IMG/VR virus record: IMGVR_UViG_3300049141_000098
Span: 1-64,000 of that record
Reading direction: 5' to 3' (one strand)
Source of the DNA: a virus
Taxonomy: Duplodnaviria; Caudoviricetes
DNA length: 64,000 nucleotides
Shown here: one piece after another, positions 27,294 to 35,804 of the stretch
How the letters are laid out: each line of letters begins with the position of its first letter
Position numbering within the stretch: position 1 is the first letter of the stretch
Program-made: the position numbers and the translations under genes
Notes under the pieces: model-generated
Databases searched by the model: none
What the model was told of the DNA's origin: nothing
What the model saw: only the letters and a program-made list of their open reading frames with translations

Positions 27294-29585
27294 TCAGGCC
27301 CGTGCGACAGGGATGAAGCGAACCAGTCCCCGCTCCTGCCTCTTGTGAATCCACCCCGCCTTGGCCAAGACGTACAGGTTCATCTCCAGCTCCTTGACGG
27401 GCATCTTGTTGCCGAACCGGGAGTAGACCTCCCGCTCAGTGATTCCCTCTCTGCGCGACTGGATCGCTGTGAGGATCTCGTTCTGGTTGGACTCCCACTC
27501 GGTGTGCAGGATCTTGCCCGCCACCCGGGAGGTCGAGCGGTACCAGTCCTCCGTCAGATCCATGGCCTTGTACAGGTGCGGCAGCCGAACTCGCTTCTCC
27601 CTCTCCGACATCGCCACCAAAATGGCGGTCTTCATCATGGAGTCACCCATGCGAACCATGGTGGGCAGGAGGACCTCCGACAGCTCGTGCTTCTCGGCTG
27701 CCTTGTACAACTCGTACTTGGCCTTCTGGAGACGCTGCCACGTCTCGGGCTCGAAGTTGACCATGACAGTCTCGCCGGGCGGCGTGATGGCCATCCAGAA
27801 GGCGCGGGCGGCGGCGACATCGTTGAGCAGTCCACGACGCATCACGTCCTCATCGAGGGTTTGTCCCTCGAATTGCTCCATGTACATGTCCTCCTCGCTC
27901 AGCGGCGGCGGGTCGGCCTCCGCCACGAGGAAGCGCGCCATGTGGCCAGACTGGTAGCTCTCGATCGTCAGCGCGTTGGAAACCTGCTCCAGCGTGCCGC
28001 ACAGGAACCGGATGAAGTTGGTCTTTATCACCTTCGCCGGTTCACGTTCATCCTGATCCTTCATGGTGCCCGCGCGCAGGGTGGAGCGGACGCGACCGGA
28101 GAATAGTTCGGTCTCGTACTCCTGCGAGCCCACCAGGTAGCGCTTCTTCGACTGCTCCAGCAGCAGGCCATGCGCCTCGTCCCGGTAGTACACGGAGGTA
28201 CGGCCGTTCTTCTCGGGCAGCAGGACGTTGAGAGCCTCAGGCGTGGCGTCGGAGCCGATGATGTAGGCGAAGTCCTCGTCGGACAGGTCGTCAAGGAAGT
28301 CGACCCACATCATCATCGCGGTCGTCTTCCGGGCTCGGGTGGTGGGCCCGAGGATGAAAAACCACAACGTCAGATTGGTGTCGGTCTTGAGGGGGCACTT
28401 GCCGAACTCGCCGAACACTGCCGACAGGATGGTTGCCGCCCCGGCCCGGTGGTAGATGGCGGGGGCGTCGGTGCAAGTCGAAGCCCATTGTTCATATCGG
28501 TCTATGAAGGTGTCCGTCGGAACCTTGTCGCGCTCGTCGGGTCGCAGGATGTGCACGGACTGGGCGAAGCGTTCGAGCTTCTTCTCCGGGTTCTCCTCGC
28601 TCGCGTCGACCTCTTTGCGGAGGTTCGGGTCGATGAGGGAACTCTGCACCGGCTGGTTGTCGGGGTGGTCGTATGCCTTGCAAAGTTGCCTCCACAGGTC
28701 TTCCTCTGGGCGCCCATCCTCCTTGTACTTGTTGCACTTGGCGTCCCAGGCGATGTGCATGGCCGTAAGCCGGGATACGTTAAGGCGGGCCAGCTTGCTC
28801 AGGAGCTTCCACAGTGTCTTCGAGCGATCGCCGAGATCGATGCCACGCACGTCCCCCATGTACATGTCGTAGATGTCGGGGCTGGTGCGAAAGACCTCGG
28901 AAGACTCGCGAATCGACTGGGCGGTGTAGTACCACTCGGGCTTGGGCGGCATCGTGGACGCGGTTGAAGGCTTCTCCTGCGTGCTGTACGGAGGGTAGGC
29001 CGTGGCCAGCGCCTTCAGGGTGTAGGTCGGACCCATCTTCGGATGGCCCGAGATTTCCCAGCGGGGTTGGCCGAGGAGGGTGGGCTTGTTGTTTGAAGTG
29101 CCAGGCACACGCAGGAGCTGGCCCGCATCCCAGCCTCCGGGGTCGCAGCCATCGCCGCGATGCTCGTTGGCTATGGACCGGGATATGTCAACGAGCTGCT
29201 TCGGATCGTCGGTTTCGGTGACCCAGTAAAGATGGTGACGGCCATCGGACGTTTCGACCGTGAGCGTCGGCTCAGCCTTCACCTTGTCCAGCGGAAGCAT
29301 GTCAGCGTCGGCGTACGCGCACCACTGGTGAGCGATGTTGTGCCCCTTGCGACTGCCTCGCGCCTTGAACAGCGCCGGAACCGTGTAGACATCTTTGTCT
29401 GAATTGTGAAGGCAGAAGGCAACGAGGTCCTCGCGCTGCGACGGCCACGCGAAGTAGAGGGTCTGTGTGGGGCCTTCGCTCTCGCTAAAGGTTCCGCCCG
29501 GATACATGGAGATGGCGACGAAGCCCAGGTCTTTTCCATCCTCCGGGGTTCCCGGGAAGATGGCGTCGAAGAACAGGAAGCTCAT
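27294..29585 (-). CDS. Primase (RepB-like/AEP) fused to a DUF3987-like P-loop domain
   Basis: 'YADAD...ETSDGRHHLYW...DAGQLLRVPGTSNNK' primase motifs; 'GPTTRARKTT' and 'YYRDE' Walker-like motifs. Confidence 0.8.
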   Translation of the reverse strand: MSFLFFDAIFPGTPEDGKDLGFVAISMYPGGTFSESEGPTQTLYFAWPSQREDLVAFCLHNSDKDVYTVPALFKARGSRKGHNIAHQWCAYADADMLPLDKVKAEPTLTVETSDGRHHLYWVTETDDPKQLVDISRSIANEHRGDGCDPGGWDAGQLLRVPGTSNNKPTLLGQPRWEISGHPKMGPTYTLKALATAYPPYSTQEKPSTASTMPPKPEWYYTAQSIRESSEVFRTSPDIYDMYMGDVRGIDLGDRSKTLWKLLSKLARLNVSRLTAMHIAWDAKCNKYKEDGRPEEDLWRQLCKAYDHPDNQPVQSSLIDPNLRKEVDASEENPEKKLERFAQSVHILRPDERDKVPTDTFIDRYEQWASTCTDAPAIYHRAGAATILSAVFGEFGKCPLKTDTNLTLWFFILGPTTRARKTTAMMMWVDFLDDLSDEDFAYIIGSDATPEALNVLLPEKNGRTSVYYRDEAHGLLLEQSKKRYLVGSQEYETELFSGRVRSTLRAGTMKDQDEREPAKVIKTNFIRFLCGTLEQVSNALTIESYQSGHMARFLVAEADPPPLSEEDMYMEQFEGQTLDEDVMRRGLLNDVAAARAFWMAITPPGETVMVNFEPETWQRLQKAKYELYKAAEKHELSEVLLPTMVRMGDSMMKTAILVAMSEREKRVRLPHLYKAMDLTEDWYRSTSRVAGKILHTEWESNQNEILTAIQSRREGITEREVYSRFGNKMPVKELEMNLYVLAKAGWIHKRQERGLVRFIPVARA

Positions 29586-29625
29586 CGGCGCTTCTCCTTT
29601 TCTGTGCGACGTTTCTAATACGGAA

Positions 29626-29691
29626 ACGGGCGGGGCTCCTGGAGAGCCCCGCCCGTCAATGCCGGGCGGAAAATGATCGTATCCGCCCGGC
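29626..29691. terminator. Two adjacent hairpins between the 29705 gene and the primase gene
   Basis: 13-bp inverted repeat ACGGGCGGGGCTC / GAGCCCCGCCCGT (29626-29656) and 10-bp inverted repeat GCCGGGCGGA / TCCGCCCGGC (29661-29691). Confidence 0.6.
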
Positions 29692-29704
29692 CGGTTTTCC
29701 TCGA

Positions 29705-30991
29705 TCACATGGACGCGAGGGCCTCTTCCTGCGCCGCCTCCTTCGAGTCCTCCTTGGAACCGGAGAAGGTCTCCATGCCGCTGTCCTCGTCCGCCTTGGG
29801 CTTGGGCACCTCGACCCACTCGGTGCCGAACCACGTGGCCGTGATGGTCTTCCCGGCGTCCTGGCCGGTGCGGAGCAGGACGTCGACCTGGGCGCCAGAC
29901 ACGTTGCCCCGGGCCACGGCGCCGATGGTGTCGAGGGTGATCTCACCCTCGTCGTAGACCGCCTCGTCGCTGCCGCCGTTGACGCGCTCCACCTTTACCT
30001 TGCGCTCCGGCAGGGGCAGGAACGGCGGGTTGATGTAGTCGTTGAACGGGCGGTAGGCCTCGGTCAGCGGGCCCGAGAGTTCGCCGGTGTCGCGGATCGC
30101 GTAGCGGTTGCCCTCGACGTGCACGACCAGGGCCTCGTTGCCCTCCCAGATCTCACCGGTGGCCTCGTCGACGTAGCCGGAGCCGTCCTCGTGACGGAAG
30201 ACGGTGACCGGGTCGCCGGACGTCGGGTCCATCAGGACCATGATCTGCTTGCCCTCGGCGTCGAGGCGGTCGCGGAACCTCTCCTTCTTTCCCTGTACGA
30301 CGGAGACCTTGGCCAGGACGACCGCCTCGACCATCCGGCCCGCGACCTCGTGCATGTTGGCCTTGGAGACCTTGTCGCCGGTCGCGGTGGCACCGGTCGC
30401 GACGCGCAGGGAGCGGCCGTTGTCGTTCTGGTAGCCGGTGCGGTTGCGCTGCGCCTTGTGCAGGGCCGTCTTGATGGTGAAGACCGGAACCTCGATCTCC
30501 CAGTCCCAGCGACGCTCTCCGAAGCGGGGGGCGGCGTGGTTGGCGGTGCAGACGAAGTACGGCAGCGGAACCTCGCCGACGGTCTCCGTGCCACCGTTGC
30601 GCAGGGCTTCCTCAACCTGGTCGAACAGGACGAAAGTCCCGGGCTTCATCTTACCGGTCTTCTGGTCCATGATCTGACCCTTGGCGATGCAGGTCTTGGC
30701 CGACAGGCGCGGGACGTGCTTCTCCTGGACCGCGGCGGTCAGGATGCGCACCGGAACCCACATGCCGTCGATGAGGCCGACCTCGCGGGGGTCGTCGTAC
30801 TTCTTGGACGAGTCGTCGCGGACGCGGATGACCTCGCCAGACTCGGTCTCCTCCAGCTCCAGGCCGTCGAGGATGTCGCCGAACGGGTCGTCCTCACCTT
30901 CGCCGATGTTGTCCCAGGCGATGCCGTCGGCGTCAGCCGGAGCGGAGGTCTCGTCGGCCCACGGGTCGTTCTGCTGCATGTCGTCGCTCAC
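29705..30991 (-). CDS. Acidic hypothetical protein, possibly an ssDNA-binding protein
   Basis: Downstream of the RecT-like gene with GTGA coupling; acidic termini; strong GC3. Function inferred from position only. Confidence 0.6.
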   Translation of the reverse strand: MSDDMQQNDPWADETSAPADADGIAWDNIGEGEDDPFGDILDGLELEETESGEVIRVRDDSSKKYDDPREVGLIDGMWVPVRILTAAVQEKHVPRLSAKTCIAKGQIMDQKTGKMKPGTFVLFDQVEEALRNGGTETVGEVPLPYFVCTANHAAPRFGERRWDWEIEVPVFTIKTALHKAQRNRTGYQNDNGRSLRVATGATATGDKVSKANMHEVAGRMVEAVVLAKVSVVQGKKERFRDRLDAEGKQIMVLMDPTSGDPVTVFRHEDGSGYVDEATGEIWEGNEALVVHVEGNRYAIRDTGELSGPLTEAYRPFNDYINPPFLPLPERKVKVERVNGGSDEAVYDEGEITLDTIGAVARGNVSGAQVDVLLRTGQDAGKTITATWFGTEWVEVPKPKADEDSGMETFSGSKEDSKEAAQEEALASM

Positions 30992-32199
30992 TTCGCGTCC
31001 TCTTCCTCGTCCTTGTGACTTGTGTCAGCCGTGTTGTTGAGAGTGTCGATCTTGATTTGCAGGTAAGTGGCGAGCGAGCAGGTCTCATCGTCCTGCGCGA
31101 CCGTCTCGTCCCTGCGGCCCGTTTCGTTGACCGCCTTGAGGACGGCGTCGAGGCGGGAAATCTTCTCTTCGTCAGAGACTTCGGGGTTGTCCAGGCTCTG
31201 CTCGACGGCCTTCTTGATGCCTTCGGCATCCCTACCGCCGATGAGCTTCAGGGCCCCTCGGACCTTGCGGTCTTGGGTCTTGCTGACGCCGGGTGCCGTG
31301 ACGTTCACGACGCGACCCTTGAGGGGGCGGCCCTCCTCGTCGACTTCCACGCCCAGCTCTTCGGGGGTGTAGACGACGTTGGAGATGGCGATTTCGTCGT
31401 CCATGTCGCTGCTGTACTCCAGGCCGAGATCGTTCAGGATCCTCTTCACGCCGAGGATCACGTCGATCGCGCCGTCGCGGACCACGGAAGCCTTGGCGCG
31501 CGACTTGAGCATCTCGGGTCCGTAGCCCTGCCAGACAGACTTGCCGTCCAGACCGGCTTTCTTGGCTCGCGCCATGTTCCAGGCAGACTCGAAGCGGGTC
31601 AGTTCAGCCAGGTCGAACTTGCTCTGGGAGATCTGCTCCCGCAGCTTCTCGAAGTCGTATTTCTTGGAGAGCTGGAGGAGCTGCTGCCGCAGGGACTTGA
31701 TCTCCTCGTTCAGCTCATCCCCACCGCCGAGTTCGGCCAGGGCCTGGAGGTCTTCGATCCGTCCACGGATCTGGTCGCGCTCCATGTTGTAGAGACGCTG
31801 AGTGTCCTCCAGGAGAGCGAGCTTTCCGCGCCGCTCCTCTTCGCGCATCTGCCGGAAGCGGTCCAGCTTCTCGGGGGAGGTGTGGCGGATGAGAACTGCC
31901 TTGGCTTCCATGGCGTTGCCCTCGACCTTGACCTCGTGCCCGGCGGCCAGGGCCAGGGCGTGCATGAGGTGGGCGGACATCCCGGCCCGCAGACGGCCTT
32001 TGCCGTCAGGGAAGACGTAGATGTGCTGGAAGCCGCTGGTTGGGTCGATGCCGAGCGCTGCGGCGATGCGCATCACGTACTCGGCACTGGCTGCGTCGTT
32101 GGCGAGGTGCTCCGGTACCAGCTTGGACCGCGACATGCGGGCCGCCTGCTGGATGTCCACCTTCTCGGTCTCGCGTTGAGCAAGATCGGTCGACGTCAT
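30988..32199 (-). CDS. RecT-like single-strand annealing protein with a coiled-coil insert
   Basis: 'ALGIDP...IYV', 'ARAKKAGL..K..W..YGPEMLKSRA' and 'YTPEELG' motifs. Confidence 0.75.
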   Translation of the reverse strand: MTSTDLAQRETEKVDIQQAARMSRSKLVPEHLANDAASAEYVMRIAAALGIDPTSGFQHIYVFPDGKGRLRAGMSAHLMHALALAAGHEVKVEGNAMEAKAVLIRHTSPEKLDRFRQMREEERRGKLALLEDTQRLYNMERDQIRGRIEDLQALAELGGGDELNEEIKSLRQQLLQLSKKYDFEKLREQISQSKFDLAELTRFESAWNMARAKKAGLDGKSVWQGYGPEMLKSRAKASVVRDGAIDVILGVKRILNDLGLEYSSDMDDEIAISNVVYTPEELGVEVDEEGRPLKGRVVNVTAPGVSKTQDRKVRGALKLIGGRDAEGIKKAVEQSLDNPEVSDEEKISRLDAVLKAVNETGRRDETVAQDDETCSLATYLQIKIDTLNNTADTSHKDEEEDAK

Positions 32200-32212
32200 T
32201 CGACCCCCCAAA

Positions 32213-32264
32213 TCTTGTTCTCGTTCTCGTGTACTTCTTGTGTGCTCTCGTCTCTTGTTCTTGT
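32213..32264 (-). repeat. Seven ACRAGA hexamers in the recT leader
   Basis: TCTYGT on the + strand at 32213, 32219, 32225, 32236, 32246, 32253 and 32259. Confidence 0.85.
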
Positions 32265-32293
32265 GTCTCTACAGTACCAGAAATGAGAGGAGA

Positions 32294-32303
32294 GGCCTAG
32301 GCC
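32294..32303. promoter_or_regulatory. GGCCTAGGCC palindromic operator candidate (recT promoter region)
   Basis: Exact palindrome overlapping the Cas4-like stop codon; - strand TACTGT -10 box at 32271-32276. Confidence 0.6.
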
Positions 32304-34144
32304 GTTCTGCGACCGAACTTTGGGCGCTTCACACAGACCCAGCACTCAGGGTCGGGAGACAGTTCCGTCGCTCGCCCCGAGCGCACAACCTCAGCCAGGT
32401 GAGAGGCCCTGCGAATGACCGCCTCGGCGACGTCCGGACGGTAGGGGCAAGACGCCACCCACAGGTCGGTGATGTAGTTGGAGTCGCGAGGGATGAACAC
32501 CAGCACGGCGTAGTCCGCTTGACGACCCATCTTCCGCAGGCCGTACAGGTAGAGCATGGTCTGCCCCATGTACTCGGGCGGCACGCCGCCGGAGTTCGCC
32601 TCAGACCGGGACAGCAGCGACGTGAGCCGGGCGAGATCGACGTCGCCAGGCTTCAGCAGACCAGCCCGGTCCCTGATCTTGAGGTCATCGAGTTCGGTCC
32701 GCTCTTGTGCTGTCAGACCGAGGGTGTAGGCGTTGGGACCGGCTTGCTTCTTGTACTTCTCGATCTTCGCCTTGTCGCTGGTGTTGTGAGTCGGGATCAT
32801 CCCTTCGGTGCACAGGTATGTGCTGTCAGGTGAGTCCACCTTGATGCACTGCGTGGGCACCGTCAGAGTCGGTTCAACTGACTTGATGACACGCTGCCGG
32901 GCTCGCACCTCGAAACGCACGTCAACCAGGTCCGCCTTGACTGGGCTCAGGAACGGATTCAGTCCGTGCACCGGGGTGAAGGAAACCATGTAGGCCGTCA
33001 CCTCCTTCCCGAACCCCGTGCGTCGCACTTCGTTCACCACGGGGCGCTGACCAAGGCTTATGGCCAGCTCGTACACCCCGAGCGACATCCGCTTGTCAAC
33101 AGACTCGAACACCGCCTTCCGGCGCCCCTTGTTCCAGGTGCCGTCCGTGTCCATGAGGCCGCGCAGCAGGTCGAGTCGCTGCTGAATGGAGCCCCGGAAG
33201 TACCGGGGCGGAATGTGCTTGTTGTGCAGGAGGTCGCAGTCGGCCAAAAGCCCTCGCAGCCCATGGATGGTGCGGGCGCGACTGGTCTGATTGCCACTAC
33301 CCTGCGGCTTGCCGATCTGGAAGCCGCGCCCTCGGATCAACTCGAACAGGCCCTCGTCCGGCTTGCAGATCCTGGCCTCCGAGGCGTCGCCATCGCCGAG
33401 CCAGCACCCCAGGACATACGGGTCGATCGGAAGGTCGGCGTCCGGGAGTTCCAGGGCTCCGGCGTTCATCACTCGATGACGGCTTTGGCCGTTGCCCAGC
33501 TTGAGGGTTCGTCGAATCTCCTCAGTGCTGAGAACCCTCTCGGTAGCGCGGCTCCCCTCTCCGGAGGTGACGGCCCACAGGTGTTCGTCGTCGGCGACGG
33601 CCTGCTTGCCATCCTCGAACGTGATTCGGTAGCAGGTGCGGTGGTGGACTTCGGACTTGCCGAGCACCTTGCAGGGGCGCCCCTGAGAGTCGAACAGTTC
33701 GTCGCCGACCTGGATTTCACCCATGGTGGTCCAGCCGGTTGGCGTGGGCAGCTTGGTGTCGAGCGCCAAGCCCTTCCAGTCCACAACTGTGCGCTTGCGC
33801 GGAAGGAAGACGTCGGTATGCCCTTCCACCACGCCAAGGCCAGGGATGTCGCCGATGCGAACAGTGATCTCCACCTCGGCGTGCGGATAGATGCGGGGCA
33901 GCTCCCGCTCCAGCTTCTCGTGCACCGCCGTGCCGAGCCACGCTTTGAGGCTGAAGTCCTCGCTGACCTGTCCGCCCATGCCGAACGACGAGGCGATCTT
34001 CTTGGCCACGCAGACGTCGCACGTGTTCGCCAGGTCACTGGGGCCGCACGCCTTCTGCTGGTCGCGCCGAGAAGGATTTCTGATGACGGAAACCGCCAAT
34101 CCTTCGACGAAACTGCGGAGAATATTCTGTTCTTCTGCACTCAT
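32297..34144 (-). CDS. Cas4/RecB-like PD-(D/E)xK exonuclease containing an intein
   Basis: 'CDVC', 'GTAVHEKLE', 'GHTDVF...VVDWK|TS', 'QTMLYLYG' and C-terminal 'CWVC'. Confidence 0.85.
   Translation of the reverse strand: MSAEEQNILRSFVEGLAVSVIRNPSRRDQQKACGPSDLANTCDVCVAKKIASSFGMGGQVSEDFSLKAWLGTAVHEKLERELPRIYPHAEVEITVRIGDIPGLGVVEGHTDVFLPRKRTVVDWKGLALDTKLPTPTGWTTMGEIQVGDELFDSQGRPCKVLGKSEVHHRTCYRITFEDGKQAVADDEHLWAVTSGEGSRATERVLSTEEIRRTLKLGNGQSRHRVMNAGALELPDADLPIDPYVLGCWLGDGDASEARICKPDEGLFELIRGRGFQIGKPQGSGNQTSRARTIHGLRGLLADCDLLHNKHIPPRYFRGSIQQRLDLLRGLMDTDGTWNKGRRKAVFESVDKRMSLGVYELAISLGQRPVVNEVRRTGFGKEVTAYMVSFTPVHGLNPFLSPVKADLVDVRFEVRARQRVIKSVEPTLTVPTQCIKVDSPDSTYLCTEGMIPTHNTSDKAKIEKYKKQAGPNAYTLGLTAQERTELDDLKIRDRAGLLKPGDVDLARLTSLLSRSEANSGGVPPEYMGQTMLYLYGLRKMGRQADYAVLVFIPRDSNYITDLWVASCPYRPDVAEAVIRRASHLAEVVRSGRATELSPDPECWVCVKRPKFGRRTA
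32783..33772 (-). mobile_element. Class 3 intein (330 aa) with LAGLIDADG homing endonuclease
   Basis: N-terminal 'GLALDTKLPTPTGWTTMG', block B 'ADDEHLW', 'LGCWLGDG' and 'LRGLMDTDG', block F 'PTQCIKV', C-terminal 'IPTHN/T'. Confidence 0.9.
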
Positions 34145-34860
34145 ATCGCAACTCTACACCGCGAGATAGCAGCGTCGACAGACATTCGCGCCACCTTCAG
34201 AAGGTCATCCCAGGTCCCGTGGAGGCTCGCTTCCTGGTACTGGGCGAGCCGAGCCAGGGAGGCGGCCGACCCGGCATATCTGGTCAAACGGGTCGGCTTC
34301 TCATGCCACAGGTGGTACAGCGGGGCTTGCCCCCGCCACGGGGCTCCATGAAGACCGTTCAGGGCCATCGCCCACGCCTCATCCTCCTGCCCCCACCCCA
34401 CGAAAGCCGGATCCAAGGGGCAGTTGAGATATGCGTCTCGCCTGAGGACCGTAATGCCACCGCCCTCGAACCCTTTATAGGGGCTCTGGTCGAGCCAAAT
34501 CGTGCGGCCCGTGAGGGATCCTGGCGACGTTCCATCGTAGATCGCCTGGGTCGCATCCCGGCTCATCCGGTACACCTTCAGGTGGGGCATAGCCCAGTCC
34601 GAACCCTGCTCGACGGCCTGCACCGCCTGCTGGACCCCCGGAGTGATGCTGTCTGCATCCGCGATCACGACCACGGGTTCCGTGGTCTCCGCCAGGGCTT
34701 TGGTAACTGCACTGGCCTTGCACCAGCGCCCCTCGCAGAGTCCGAGCTGAATGTTGGCGCCTTCCAGGTTCTCGGCGTACCAGGATCGCGTGTACTCCAG
34801 CGCCTTCGCCCGCCATGGCGTCTCATTACCAAAAGGTATGAGTACAGCGATACGTTTCAT
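34141..34860 (-). CDS. GT-A glycosyltransferase (GT2/GT7-like)
   Basis: 'IAVLIPF', 'VIADADS' DxD motif, 'GGGITVLRR...FVGWGQEDEAW' galactosyltransferase-type C-terminus. Confidence 0.85.
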   Translation of the reverse strand: MKRIAVLIPFGNETPWRAKALEYTRSWYAENLEGANIQLGLCEGRWCKASAVTKALAETTEPVVVIADADSITPGVQQAVQAVEQGSDWAMPHLKVYRMSRDATQAIYDGTSPGSLTGRTIWLDQSPYKGFEGGGITVLRRDAYLNCPLDPAFVGWGQEDEAWAMALNGLHGAPWRGQAPLYHLWHEKPTRLTRYAGSAASLARLAQYQEASLHGTWDDLLKVARMSVDAAISRCRVAI

Positions 34861-34927
34861 GGGCCTATCCTGGCATGGAAACGGGCTCACGCTCAGGGGA
34901 TGGCGTGGGCCCGTTTCCATGCTCCGG

Positions 34928-35623
34928 TCAGGACGGGATGTCCTCCAGCTCGAAGACCTCGTCATCACTGGCAGGCGCCTTCTCGTCGAGCACCTTCAGC
35001 CGGTCCTCGTCGGTCGCCTCACGAACCTCCAGCTTGAGGCCGTGGCTCTTCATGCATGCCTTGAGCTTCTCGGGCTCGTTCTTGAAGACGAGGCGGGCCG
35101 TGGTTGCGTCGGGCTTCGAGACGGAGATCCGATGCAGGTCTGCGGTGCTCAGGTTCTGGATCGCCTTCCCCTCGTCGAACCGGTCGTTGGTGCTGTAGAC
35201 CAGGGCCAAAGAGCCGTGAAGTTCCAGGCCGGGAGACTTGCGACGCCCCTTGGCGACAGCCTTCGCCCGTTCGATGAGCGCCTTCGTCTCCGAGAGGATC
35301 TTCTGCTGCTCCGCGATCAGCTCGGCCAGCTCGGCCTCTGACAGCTTGTCGAGGTTGTCCAGCAGCTCCATGCGGTCGATCTCCGTCTTCATCGCGTGGG
35401 GGTGGTCACCCGGCAGAGACCGCACCGGGATGTACCCCGAGGTGTAGGGCCGACCATCGCTGGCCAGGTAGCTCTCGTGGAAAGAAGCGGCACGAACACG
35501 ACGAGGCGGACCATACCCGTCGTCGGTGACAGTGACGATCGTGAAGCTGGCGGGGCCTTCGTTGCGGGTCTCGATGAGGTTGCTGGTGCGGACGTTCACG
35601 TAACGGGTGCCAGGCACAGGCAC
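34928..35623 (-). CDS. Hypothetical protein with a central coiled coil
   Basis: AAGGAG RBS; strong GC3. Confidence 0.6.
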   Translation of the reverse strand: MPVPGTRYVNVRTSNLIETRNEGPASFTIVTVTDDGYGPPRRVRAASFHESYLASDGRPYTSGYIPVRSLPGDHPHAMKTEIDRMELLDNLDKLSEAELAELIAEQQKILSETKALIERAKAVAKGRRKSPGLELHGSLALVYSTNDRFDEGKAIQNLSTADLHRISVSKPDATTARLVFKNEPEKLKACMKSHGLKLEVREATDEDRLKVLDEKAPASDDEVFELEDIPS

Positions 35624-35804
35624 TCTCCTTTCCGAAAAGCCCCGTCACCGGGACTCATGAGAGCAACTCTACCATTGTGTCACGAGTTTCTGCGAAATTA
35701 TCGCAGATCACCGAGCCGACTCCCCCTGTCGTGACTGGTAGTCCACGCAGGCAGCCCGGCAAAGAGTCAGATCGCCTGCGTGGACCTGGCCTCGGCGAGC
35801 GCCG

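Noticed and set aside
32297-34144. Cas4-like gene as evidence of a CRISPR system
   Set aside because: No repeat-spacer array or other cas genes; it sits beside RecT as the usual phage exonuclease partner.
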